Source of the DNA: an uncultured Thermoleophilia bacterium
GTDB lineage: Bacteria; Actinomycetota; Thermoleophilia; UBA2241
Assembly: GCA_963736645.1 (NCBI GenBank)
Contig: CAVTPJ010000008.1
Coordinates: 76,707 to 140,706, forward strand
DNA length: 64,000 nucleotides
Direction of reading: 5' to 3'
This document shows, one piece after another, positions 19,807 through 28,676 of this stretch (the stretch's first letter is position 1; each line of letters begins with the position of its first letter). Under the pieces are notes generated by a model. It was given only the letters and a program-made list of their open reading frames with translations. It made no database searches and was not told the origin of the DNA. A program made the position numbers and the translations under genes.

Positions 19807-20130
19807 TCAGATGATCTCGTCGCCGGCCAGCTCGTCGTCCGTCTCGGTGGAGAGCAGATCGAGGACGTGGTGCTCGTCGATCGCCTTGCCGACGAAGACC
19901 ACGTTGGGGCCGGCCCAGAGCGTGACGCGGGCTCCAACCGGCAGCCGGTACGGGTCGCCGTTCAGCAGGATGCCGGTCAGCGTGGACCGCTCGATGTCCC
20001 GCGTCACTTCCGCGCCGTCGATGCGGAACGGCTCCGCGTCGTCAAGCTGCAGCCGAGGCTCTCTGCTGTCGTCGATGATCACGCGGCGGAGTATAGCACC
20101 ACGGCCGCCCGCCGCGGTCCGGGTGTGCAT
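19807..20130 (-). CDS. hypothetical protein, first gene of the rml transcription unit
   Basis: 107 aa ORF with consistently G/C-rich third positions. It ends 24 nt upstream of rfbA. I recognise no family. Confidence 0.5.
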   Translation of the reverse strand: MHTRTAAGGRGAILRRVIIDDSREPRLQLDDAEPFRIDGAEVTRDIERSTLTGILLNGDPYRLPVGARVTLWAGPNVVFVGKAIDEHHVLDLLSTETDDELAGDEII

Positions 20131-20264
20131 GGGTGTGGTTGGACGTGTTGGCGGCTCCGGCGCCCAAAGCGAGGCCCGACGGGAGGCTGGCCCGGGGGTG
20201 GTATTCGTGCTTTAGTAGAAGCGATCGACACGATCTGCCCGTTGGGGGAACGGAAGGAGCACGC

Positions 20265-22118
20265 GTGGCTACGGTATCCGTACAGCATAAGGGCCGGCTG
20301 CTCGCGGCGGTCATCGTCGCGCTGCTGGCCATAGGGCTGCTCTGGGGCATCGCCGGCGCGATGGCGTCGAGCGACAGCCCATCGCCCGCCGCCGACGGCG
20401 GCAAGACCATCCTGCGCTTGGGGTGGACCAACGATCCGGACAACCTCAACCCGTTCATCGGCTACGAGTCGTCCAGCTACGAGATCTGGGCGATCAACTA
20501 CGAGCTGCTGGTCGGATTTCGCGCCAGCGATTTCGCCAACGTCCCCGGGGTGGGCCTGGCGACAGCTTGGGAGACGTCCGCCGACGGCAAGGTCTGGACG
20601 TTCACCATCACCGACAAGTCGAAGTGGCAGGACGGCGAGCCGCTCACGGCGAGCGACGTCGCCTTCACCTTCAACTACTGCATCGACAACGAGCTGGGCA
20701 TGTTCATCGACTACGTCAAGTTCATTGACAAGGTCGAGGCCCCCGACGCCACCCATGTCGTCTTCACCTGCTCCAAGCCCAAAGCGAACATGCTCGGGCT
20801 GTGGATCCCCATTCTGCCCGAGCACATCTGGAGCAAGGTCAACCCGAAAGAAGTCGAGACAAAGTTCAAGAACGACCCGCCGATCATCGGCTCGGGCCCC
20901 TTCCAGACGGTGGAGTGGAAGAAGGGTGTGTACGTCCGGATGGTCGCCAACAAAGACTACTGGCGCGGCGCGCCCAAGGTCGACGAGGTCATCTTCCAGA
21001 CCTATCAGAACGCGGACACCATGGCGCAGGACCTCAAGACCGGCGCCATCCAGAGCGGCTGGAACATCCCGTCCGCGCAGTTCGACGCGCTGAACAACGA
21101 GCCCGATCTCGAAGCCATCCGGGCGGTCACCATCGGTTTCGACCAGATCGGCTTCAATTGCGCCGACCAGGAGAAGTTCCCCAAGTCGACGGGGCATCCC
21201 GTGCTGCAGGACCCGGCCTTCCGCAGCGCCCTGCAGTGGGCCGTCGACAAGGACAAGATCGTCTCCATCGGCTACAACGGCAACGCGGCGGCGGCCGACA
21301 CGATCCTGACCAGGGACTTCTATCCGCCCGACGCGGACTTCCACCTCACTCCCGAGGACCCGTACACGTTCGACCTCGAGAAGGCGAAGGCCGCCCTCGA
21401 CGCAGCTGGGTACACCGACGCAGACGGCAACGGCATCCGCGAGTACGAGGGCAAGGACATCACGCTGCGCCTCTACGCACGCGCGGAGTCGACGGAGAGC
21501 CAGAACTGCGGAAAGCTCATCACCGGCTGGTTCGAGGACGTCGGCGTCGACATCGACTACGAGGTCATCGACGACTCCGCGCTCGGTGACAAGCAGTACG
21601 CCTACGACGGCGACCAGTTCGCACCCGACTTCGACCTCTTCATCTGGGGCTGGGGCGGCGACGTCGACCCGAACTTCATCCTCTCGATCATGACCACGGA
21701 CTCGATCGAGAGCTGGAGCGACTGCAACTGGTCCAACGCGGAGTACGACCAGCTGTTCCTCGAGCAGCAGACGACGGTCGACGTGCAGGAGCGCATCGCG
21801 ATCGTCCATAGGATGCAGCAGATCGTCTACGATGAATCGCCGTACATCCCGCTCGTGTACCCCAAGGACCTCCTGGCGGCCAACAAGGGCAAGTGGACCG
21901 GCTGGGTGCGCGCCAACAACGACAAGGGCGCGTGGTGGTACAACACCCAGCCGGACACCTACGTGGCCGTACATCCCGGGAGTACCGCCCCCGCAGAATC
22001 CGAAGGCGGAATGAGCACGAGCCTCATCGTCGCGATCGTGGTCGCGGCCGTCATCGTGATCCTCCTCATCGTGCTCGTCATGCGGCGGCGCGGCCGCAGG
22101 GCCGAGACGGAGGTCTGA
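20265..22118 (+). CDS. ABC transporter substrate-binding protein, family 5 (peptide/nickel type), with a C-terminal TM anchor
   Basis: The GTG start follows GGAAGGAG with a 5-nt spacer. N-terminal signal/TM segment. Family-5 hallmarks (LRLGWTNDPDNLNPF, KSKWQDGEPLTASDV, NKDYWRG). The C-terminus is a hydrophobic helix followed by RRRGRR. Confidence 0.85.
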   Translation: MATVSVQHKGRLLAAVIVALLAIGLLWGIAGAMASSDSPSPAADGGKTILRLGWTNDPDNLNPFIGYESSSYEIWAINYELLVGFRASDFANVPGVGLATAWETSADGKVWTFTITDKSKWQDGEPLTASDVAFTFNYCIDNELGMFIDYVKFIDKVEAPDATHVVFTCSKPKANMLGLWIPILPEHIWSKVNPKEVETKFKNDPPIIGSGPFQTVEWKKGVYVRMVANKDYWRGAPKVDEVIFQTYQNADTMAQDLKTGAIQSGWNIPSAQFDALNNEPDLEAIRAVTIGFDQIGFNCADQEKFPKSTGHPVLQDPAFRSALQWAVDKDKIVSIGYNGNAAAADTILTRDFYPPDADFHLTPEDPYTFDLEKAKAALDAAGYTDADGNGIREYEGKDITLRLYARAESTESQNCGKLITGWFEDVGVDIDYEVIDDSALGDKQYAYDGDQFAPDFDLFIWGWGGDVDPNFILSIMTTDSIESWSDCNWSNAEYDQLFLEQQTTVDVQERIAIVHRMQQIVYDESPYIPLVYPKDLLAANKGKWTGWVRANNDKGAWWYNTQPDTYVAVHPGSTAPAESEGGMSTSLIVAIVVAAVIVILLIVLVMRRRGRRAETEV

Positions 22119-22149
22119 GCGCCGCAGCGACGACACGAGAGCGATGAAC

Positions 22150-22183
22150 GAGGGCGGCCGGCGCACAGGCGCCGGCCGCCCTC
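22150..22183. terminator. bidirectional stem-loop between convergent genes
   Basis: GAGGGCGGCCGGCGC-ACAG-GCGCCGGCCGCCCTC forms a perfect 15-bp stem, followed by TCTGT. Confidence 0.7.
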
Positions 22184-22190
22184 TCTGTCG

Positions 22191-22694
22191 TCAGGAGGCG
22201 AAGCTGAGGTACGGCCGCCAGCTCTCGTGGACGTGATCCACGTGGAGCAGCACGAACGCCGCCGGGCCGGGCGGCCGTGGGGGGTTCGTCAGCCGCAGCC
22301 CCGCGAGGTGCGGCGGCCGGTCGCCCTTCTTGCGGTTGCAGGGCGCGCACGACGTGACCAGGTTGTCCCACGTGTCGGCGCCTCCCTTGGAGCGCGGCAC
22401 CACGTGGTCGACGGTGAGGTGGCGGGCGCTGCCGCAGTACTGGCAGCGGTGCCGGTCGCGGGCGAAGACGGCGCGCCGCGAGATGCGGGCGGAGGCGGCG
22501 CGGCGAGGGATGCGGACGTACGAGTTGAGGCGGATGACGAGCGGGACCTCGAAGGCGCCGCGTTCGCTGCGCAGAGCGGCGCCGGATTGCTCGAGCACCT
22601 CGGCCTTGTCCTTGAGCAGGAGCACGACGGCTCGCCGCACCGAACACACGTTGAGCGGCTCGTAGGTGGTGTTCAGGACCAGCACCTTGCGCAT
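22191..22694 (-). CDS. HNH endonuclease-domain protein
   Basis: 167 aa starting at MRKVLVLNTTYEPL. The HNH/Zn motif is CQYCG...LTVDHVVPRSKGG...NLVTSCAPCNRKKG. The upstream part of the 584-aa track ORF is antisense to rarA. Confidence 0.85.
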   Translation of the reverse strand: MRKVLVLNTTYEPLNVCSVRRAVVLLLKDKAEVLEQSGAALRSERGAFEVPLVIRLNSYVRIPRRAASARISRRAVFARDRHRCQYCGSARHLTVDHVVPRSKGGADTWDNLVTSCAPCNRKKGDRPPHLAGLRLTNPPRPPGPAAFVLLHVDHVHESWRPYLSFAS

Positions 22695-22748
22695 CGGCCC
22701 CGATAGTAGCAGATAGCCTTTCGCCTGTGAGGGGGCTCGACCCTGGCG

Positions 22749-22754
22749 TACACT
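22749..22754 (+). promoter_or_regulatory. -10-like TACACT 6 nt upstream of the rarA GTG (probable leaderless mRNA)
   Basis: TACACT lies at 22749-22754 and the start codon at 22761. There is no Shine-Dalgarno sequence. Confidence 0.35.
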
Positions 22755-22760
22755 GAGCCC

Positions 22761-24098
22761 GTGGACCTCTTCTCGATGAGCGACGAGCAGGTGGCGGCCG
22801 AGGCGCCTCTGGCGGCGCGCATGCGGCCGCGTGCGCTCGCGGAGTTCGCCGGGCAGGAGCACATCGTCGGGCCCGGCACCGTGCTGCGCGCCGCCGTCGA
22901 GGGCGGGCAGCTCTTCAGCATGATCTTCTTCGGCCCGCCCGGGAGCGGCAAGACGACGCTCGCCCGCCTCATCGCCGCGGAGACCGGCGCCCGCCTCGTG
23001 CAGCTGTCGGCGGTCAGCTCGGGCACCGCCGACGTGCGCGCCGCGATCAAGGGCGCACGCGAAGCGCGTGCCCTCAGCGCGGCGCGCACGGTCCTCTTCA
23101 TCGATGAGATCCACCGCTTCAACAAGGCGCAGCAGGACGCCCTTCTCCCCGCCATCGAGGACGGCATCGTCACGCTGATCGGCGCGACCACCGAGAACCC
23201 CTACTTCGAGGTCAACTCGGCGCTCATCAGCCGCTGCCAGCTGTATCGCTTCGAGCCGCTGCCGCCGGAGCTGGTGGAGCGGGTGGTGCAGATCGCGCTG
23301 CTGGACGAGGAGCGCGGTCTGGGCCGCGCGGGCGTGACGCTCGGTGACGGCGCGCTCGCGTTCATCGCCGGGATCTCGCGTGGCGATGCGCGCGTGGCGC
23401 TCAACGCGCTGGAGACGGCCTGGCGCTCGCGCTCCGCGGCCGCTCCGGGAGCGCCGGTCACACTCTCGCTCGACGACCTGCAGGACGCCGCCCAGAAGTC
23501 GCCCGTCATGTACGACCGCGACGACGCGCACTACGACACCATCTCGGCGTTCATCAAGAGCATGCGCGGCAGCGACCCTGACGCGGCCGTGTACTACCTC
23601 GCCTCCATGATCGCCGGCGGCGAGGATCCCAAGTTCATCGCGCGGCGCATGATCGTCTTCGCCAGCGAGGATGTGGGCAACGCCGACCCGGATGCCCTGC
23701 AGGTGGCTGTGGCGGCAGCTCGCGCCGTCGAGTTCGTCGGGCTGCCGGAGTGCCGCATCAACCTCAGCCAGGCGGCCGCCTATCTTGCTCTCGCGCCGAA
23801 GAGCAACGCCGCCTACAAGGCGGTCGACGCCGCTCTCGACGACGTGCGCCGGGACGGCAACCAGCCGCCGCCGGCGCATCTGCGAGACGCCAGCTACCGC
23901 GGCGCGAAGGAACTGGGGCACGGCACGGGGTACAAGTACCCGCACGCCGACGGCGGCTGGGTGGAGCAGCGGTACCTGCCGGACAAGCTCTCAGGCCGCC
24001 GCTACTACGTGCCGATACGAGGAGTCGAGAGCGAGCTCGCCGCCCGCCTGGACGAGGTCAAGCGGCGGGCGGCTACGGGCGACGACGAAGAGGGGTGA
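22761..24098 (+). CDS. rarA: replication-associated recombination protein A (AAA+ ATPase)
   Basis: 445 aa. Walker A FFGPPGSGKTTLARLIA, Walker B VLFIDEIHRFNK, and the MgsA C-terminal domain (YYLASMIAGGEDPKFIARRM). Confidence 0.95.
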   Translation: MDLFSMSDEQVAAEAPLAARMRPRALAEFAGQEHIVGPGTVLRAAVEGGQLFSMIFFGPPGSGKTTLARLIAAETGARLVQLSAVSSGTADVRAAIKGAREARALSAARTVLFIDEIHRFNKAQQDALLPAIEDGIVTLIGATTENPYFEVNSALISRCQLYRFEPLPPELVERVVQIALLDEERGLGRAGVTLGDGALAFIAGISRGDARVALNALETAWRSRSAAAPGAPVTLSLDDLQDAAQKSPVMYDRDDAHYDTISAFIKSMRGSDPDAAVYYLASMIAGGEDPKFIARRMIVFASEDVGNADPDALQVAVAAARAVEFVGLPECRINLSQAAAYLALAPKSNAAYKAVDAALDDVRRDGNQPPPAHLRDASYRGAKELGHGTGYKYPHADGGWVEQRYLPDKLSGRRYYVPIRGVESELAARLDEVKRRAATGDDEEG

Positions 24099-24105
24099 GC
24101 GAGAC

Positions 24106-24501
24106 GTGACGGGCGTGTACGTGTGGATCCTGCTCTTTCTGGCGGTGGCGCTGATCGCCCTCGTCATCATCTGGTTCTACGCACGCACTCTCAAACGCGA
24201 CCTCGACACGTCGCCGACCGCCGTCGCCGGCGCGCGCGCCGTCCTCGACGTGGCGCCGGCGAATGCCGCGCGACTGCACGAGCTGAGCGCCGAGCCGATC
24301 CTGCTCAAGCAGAGTGAGGAGGGGGTGCGTGTGCAGATCGAGCACCGGCCCATGCTCCCACTCATGGCCTTCGTCGGCCAGGACGTGAGCGCGGCGCTCA
24401 CGGAGGCGTCCGGGCGTGTGTCCGAGCAGTGGGGCCCTCGCTGGGTGGTGCTCCTCAGCGCGGCGGACGACGGGACGGTGTCGGCGCAGCGACTCGCCTG
24501 A
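24106..24501 (+). CDS. hypothetical membrane-anchored protein
   Basis: A GTG start gives an N-terminal TM helix (VYVWILLFLAVALIALVIIWFY). Third positions are G/C-rich. I recognise no family. Confidence 0.55.
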   Translation: MTGVYVWILLFLAVALIALVIIWFYARTLKRDLDTSPTAVAGARAVLDVAPANAARLHELSAEPILLKQSEEGVRVQIEHRPMLPLMAFVGQDVSAALTEASGRVSEQWGPRWVVLLSAADDGTVSAQRLA

Positions 24502-24639
24502 GCCCCCCGGCAGGACTGCGCCCGGGCCCACCGTATACAGGGCTGTAAACTGTAAAGCTCGGGCACGTTTCTTCCGACGTACACTCCGCCGGCTTCGCGC
24601 GCCTGTGCGGCTGGCACGGCAGCGGTGAAGGAGGCAACA

Positions 24640-26010
24640 ATGAAGGTGATGAGGTTTTTGCTCGGACTCGGGATCGGGGCAGGCGCCGCTCTGCTGCTTG
24701 CCCCGAAGAGCGGGCGCGAGTTGCGTCGGCAATTGGCCGGCGGAGCGAGCGGCACGCTGCTGAGTGCGGCGCCCGACGAGTACCCGCAGCCAGAGCCCAC
24801 GGCGGACTGGGGCGGTCCGGCCACGGCCGTGGCCGAGCCGGTCGTGGTCGAGGAGGAGCCCGTGGCCACGGTGGAGCCGGCGGCGGTCGAGCAGGAGCTC
24901 GCCGCTGTGGCGGAGCCGGCCGCGGAGACCTCGTCGTGGGAGCCGGCCGCCGAGGAACCGCCCCTCGAGGAGCCGCCGAGCGAGGATCTGAGGGCGCGCA
25001 TCGACGAGACTCGTGTCGCCGTCGAGAGTGAGCTGGCCCAGTCGTTCGCGGACGAGACCGTCGCCGAGGAAGCGGTCGCGGAGGCCGTGGTCGCCGAGGC
25101 AGTCGCAGAAGAAGCCGTGGTCGACGCCGCTGCGTCGGAGATCGTCGCCGAAGAAGCGGTCGAGGAAGCCGAGGTCGCCGAGGAGGTCGCCGAGGAGGCT
25201 GTCGTCGAGGCTGTCGTCGACGAGGCCGTCGCCGAAGTGGCCGTCGTCGACGCCGCCGTGGCGGAGATCGTGGCCGAGGAAGCGGTCGAGGAGGCCGTGG
25301 TCGCCGAAGAGGTCGCCGAGGAAGCGGTCGCGGAAGCCGCCGCCGCGGAGGCCGTCGCCGAAGAGGCCGCTGCCGAAGCCGCCGCCGCGGTGCTCGTCGC
25401 CGAAGCCGCCGCCGCCGAGGCCGAGGTCGCTGAAGAGGTGGCCGCGGAGGCCGTCGTCGAAGCCGTCGCTGTGGAGATCGTCGCCGAAGAGGCGGTCGAG
25501 GAGGCCGTGGTCGCGGAAGAGGTCGCCGAGGAAGCGGTCGAGGAAGCCGTGGTCGCCGAGGAAGTCGCCGAGGAGGCCGTCGTCGAGGCCGTCGTCGACG
25601 AGGCCGTCGCCGAAGTGGCCGTCGTCGACGCCGCCGTGGCGGAGATCGTGGCCGAGGAAGCGGTCGAGGAGGCCGTGGTCGCCGAAGAGGCTGCCGAAGA
25701 GGCCGTCGCGGAAACGCCGGCCCTCGAGGACGCCGGTGCGGCGGAGACGGCTGCCGTCGAGGAGATCCCCGCGCAGGCATCCTCTCGCGAGGGCGGCGCC
25801 ATCGACCAGGCGGAGATGCGGCGCCGCATCGAGGAGACACGCGCCCGTCTCAAGGCCAAGGCGTTCGACGCGATGATGAGCGGCGAGGCCGCCCTTCTGT
25901 CGCGCGACAGCGGCGACAAGCCGGTGCCCTCGGCTGACGATGCCGCGGTCGAGCTCGACGCCGAGACCGACACCGTCATCGACGAGTCGCTCTCTCAAGA
26001 AGAGTACTGA
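24640..26010 (+). CDS. YtxH-domain protein with a roughly 220-aa Ala/Glu/Val low-complexity repeat
   Basis: ATG 24640 follows AAGGAGG. The N-terminus LLGLGIGAGAALLLAPKSGRELRRQL matches the YtxH signature. The central region is almost entirely A/E/V(D/I). Confidence 0.8.
   Translation: MKVMRFLLGLGIGAGAALLLAPKSGRELRRQLAGGASGTLLSAAPDEYPQPEPTADWGGPATAVAEPVVVEEEPVATVEPAAVEQELAAVAEPAAETSSWEPAAEEPPLEEPPSEDLRARIDETRVAVESELAQSFADETVAEEAVAEAVVAEAVAEEAVVDAAASEIVAEEAVEEAEVAEEVAEEAVVEAVVDEAVAEVAVVDAAVAEIVAEEAVEEAVVAEEVAEEAVAEAAAAEAVAEEAAAEAAAAVLVAEAAAAEAEVAEEVAAEAVVEAVAVEIVAEEAVEEAVVAEEVAEEAVEEAVVAEEVAEEAVVEAVVDEAVAEVAVVDAAVAEIVAEEAVEEAVVAEEAAEEAVAETPALEDAGAAETAAVEEIPAQASSREGGAIDQAEMRRRIEETRARLKAKAFDAMMSGEAALLSRDSGDKPVPSADDAAVELDAETDTVIDESLSQEEY
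25054..25715 (+). repeat. in-frame degenerate coding repeats, including a 121-bp near-identical direct repeat (25192-25312 and 25570-25690)
   Basis: GTCGCCGAGGAAGCGGTCGAGGAGGCCGTG-type units recur throughout. The two long copies lie 378 bp apart and differ at 2 positions by my reading. Confidence 0.8.
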
Positions 26011-26018
26011 TCGGACGG

Positions 26019-26070
26019 CCGGCGAGGCCGGGGGGCTCATCGGCGCTTGAGCGCCCCCCGGCCTCGCCGG
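26019..26070. terminator. long inverted repeat between convergent genes, overlapping the 3' end of the M28 gene
   Basis: CCGGCGAGGCCGGGGGGC at 26019-26036 pairs with GCCCCCCGGCCTCGCCGG at 26053-26070, an 18-bp stem. Confidence 0.55.
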
Positions 26071-27860
26071 CTCGTACGTCCGAGGCGCCTCGTGCGCCGC
26101 TCGTCCACCTCGGAGCCGGCGGTCCATTCCTCGTCGGTCATTCGCTCGGGACCGCGCCGGTCGATGGCCGGCCAGGAGAGGGCACCAGGCGCGAGGCCGC
26201 GCTCGTGCAGGGTGTGGGCGAGCACGCCTGCCGTGGAGAGGAACAGCGCCGCCAGCAGGACGGCTGCTGCGGGGATGGTGCGGTTCTCGAAGAGCAGGAA
26301 GAAGTACCACCACACCTTCCATCCCGTATCCAGCTGCAGAGCGTAGTAGACCAGCGGCACCGGCACCATGATGAGCCCGAGGTACACCGGAAGGATGGAC
26401 CGCGCCCAGCCGCCGGGCCTGGCCAGAGGCCAGAGAATGGCGGCCGGCAGCACCAGCAGGACGCTGTACGGGTCGACCAGAAGCGTCAGCAGCGCGATGA
26501 GCACGAGCAGCAGGTGCGAGACGAAGATGGTGGCGCGCGGATCGGTGGCGATCCGCCTCTCCAGCCGGCGTTCCACTGCGACGGCGTACGCGTACGCGAG
26601 CACCAGCAGGGCGATGAGGATGACGACGCGGAGGTAGCGCGGATTGGCGGCCATGCGCGAATCCGGTGGGATCACCGCGTCCGGGCTGTGCGGCAGCAGG
26701 CCGACCAGGTTCGCGAAGTACACGATCGCCATGAGCACCAGCCACGGGGCGAGGTGCAGCCCGGCGCGCAGGAACGCGGGGCGCAGGCGCACCCGCGCCC
26801 GGCGGCAGTGGGCGAACAGGTCCACGGCGACGGCGGTCAGCGGCAGGAGCAGGGCGGCGAGGATGGCGGCGAGCGAGCCGCCGGGCAGCGTCGCCCTGTG
26901 GGTCAGGAAGATGGTACCGCCGCTCGGCGCCCCCGGCGCGCTGGTGCCGTCGACGGCCATCGCCATGTTCTGCACGGTCGTACCCACCCTGGCCAGCGTC
27001 TCCTTGGAGACGGCATCGAGCGTGTCGCCCGGCGCTGAGGCCGACGGGCCGGCCGCGGAGACGGTGATCGCGGGTACCCCCGCGGCCACGAACGGTCCCT
27101 GGCTGCCGGCGCTGGCCGGTACGGCGAGCCGGAGCACCTGCGCGGCGATCGTCGGCAGCTCCGCCTCCAGGTTGGCGTCGCGCCGGGCGGCGGGCGACGT
27201 GAGCAGCCACAGCCAGGGTGGCGCGGCGTATGGCTCGGTGCTCCAGCCGTCGACGCCGATGCCGTCGCTGGCCCGTTTGGCCACGTCGCGCAGGGCTATC
27301 ACGGCGTAGAGATCGTCGGTCTGATGGGCCTCGACGAACTGCCGGGCGCCGATGGCCCCGTACGCGTCTCCCGTAGTACACAGGAAGACGATGTCGTGCT
27401 CGTGCGCGGTGACGGTGAAGGCGTCGGCGAGGGCCAGGAGCGCGGCGACGCCGGAGGCGTTGTCGCCGGCGCCCTGCGTTGCGAGCGGAGGGACATCACG
27501 GTTGGCGAGGATCAGGATCGTGCCGCGGGAGGTGCCCTTGGACACCCCCCAGACGTTCTGGAGCGCGACGGCCTGGCCGTTGACGGTCGCGGCGAAACCG
27601 TCGATGTGCGTCTCGAGCCCATCCTGTTTGAACTGCTGCTCGACCCAGATGCCGAGGCGGTTGTCGGGGTCGCTGCCGGGGACGCGCTGCGGGTAGTCCT
27701 CGACGATGGTCTTGAGGTAGCCGTACGCCAGCTCGCCGTCGAAGGACGGCGGGTCCTGGCTGAGCTTGGGTGTGTCGGGGGTGCCGAGCGTGAACAGGGA
27801 GACGATGACGAGCACCGCCGCGACCACCCAGGCGGCTCGATACACCTTCAGGTTGGGCAG
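26037..27860 (-). CDS. M28-family metallopeptidase fused to a C-terminal polytopic membrane domain (non-ATG start)
   Basis: The M28 motif region is ILANRDVPPLATQGAGDNASGVAALLALADAF ... FLCTTGDAYGAIGARQF, followed by about 8 hydrophobic helices. There is no in-frame ATG. AGGAGG is followed by CTG (27860), CTG (27851) and GTG (27845) candidates. Confidence 0.75.
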   Translation of the reverse strand: MPNLKVYRAAWVVAAVLVIVSLFTLGTPDTPKLSQDPPSFDGELAYGYLKTIVEDYPQRVPGSDPDNRLGIWVEQQFKQDGLETHIDGFAATVNGQAVALQNVWGVSKGTSRGTILILANRDVPPLATQGAGDNASGVAALLALADAFTVTAHEHDIVFLCTTGDAYGAIGARQFVEAHQTDDLYAVIALRDVAKRASDGIGVDGWSTEPYAAPPWLWLLTSPAARRDANLEAELPTIAAQVLRLAVPASAGSQGPFVAAGVPAITVSAAGPSASAPGDTLDAVSKETLARVGTTVQNMAMAVDGTSAPGAPSGGTIFLTHRATLPGGSLAAILAALLLPLTAVAVDLFAHCRRARVRLRPAFLRAGLHLAPWLVLMAIVYFANLVGLLPHSPDAVIPPDSRMAANPRYLRVVILIALLVLAYAYAVAVERRLERRIATDPRATIFVSHLLLVLIALLTLLVDPYSVLLVLPAAILWPLARPGGWARSILPVYLGLIMVPVPLVYYALQLDTGWKVWWYFFLLFENRTIPAAAVLLAALFLSTAGVLAHTLHERGLAPGALSWPAIDRRGPERMTDEEWTAGSEVDERRTRRLGRTSRRGRGALKRR

Positions 27861-27959
27861 GGGAGACCTCCTCGGGCGTGCCGTGCATCCTATCAGATGG
27901 TCCGTACCAGGCGGCCGGAGACCGGCCGGCACCGAGGGCCCTGGCCCCTGGCAGCCGGG

Positions 27960-27965
27960 TATGAT
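27960..27965 (+). promoter_or_regulatory. -10-like TATGAT 6 nt upstream of the response-regulator ATG (probable leaderless mRNA)
   Basis: TATGAT lies at 27960-27965 and the ATG at 27972. There is no Shine-Dalgarno sequence. Confidence 0.35.
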
Positions 27966-27971
27966 GGATGC

Positions 27972-28672
<701 letters not shown>

Positions 28673-28676
<4 letters not shown>

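Noticed and set aside
22695-23945. The upstream 417 residues of the 584-aa ORF containing the HNH domain. I also considered whether the HNH protein marks a mobile element or defence island.
   Set aside because: The upstream part is antisense to rarA. The 167-aa HNH protein has no flanking integrase, transposase, repeats, methylase or other defence-type partners, so I treat it as a stand-alone housekeeping-type HNH protein.
25054-25715. A repeat array that could superficially be mistaken for a CRISPR-like or minisatellite locus.
   Set aside because: The units are degenerate, contiguous with no unique spacers, and in frame within one ORF, encoding A/E/V residues. No cas genes are nearby.
24073-27381. 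A 1102-aa minus-strand ORF, plus 600-aa and 461-aa Ser/Ala- and Arg/Pro-rich ORFs, overlapping the YtxH repeat gene.
   Set aside because: They are antisense or out-of-frame shadows of the GAG/GCC/GTC-rich coding repeat and of the M28 gene. The compositions (poly-RP, poly-SA) are typical frame artefacts in GC-rich DNA. The plus-strand frame has an SD, a recognisable YtxH domain and a proper C-terminal domain.
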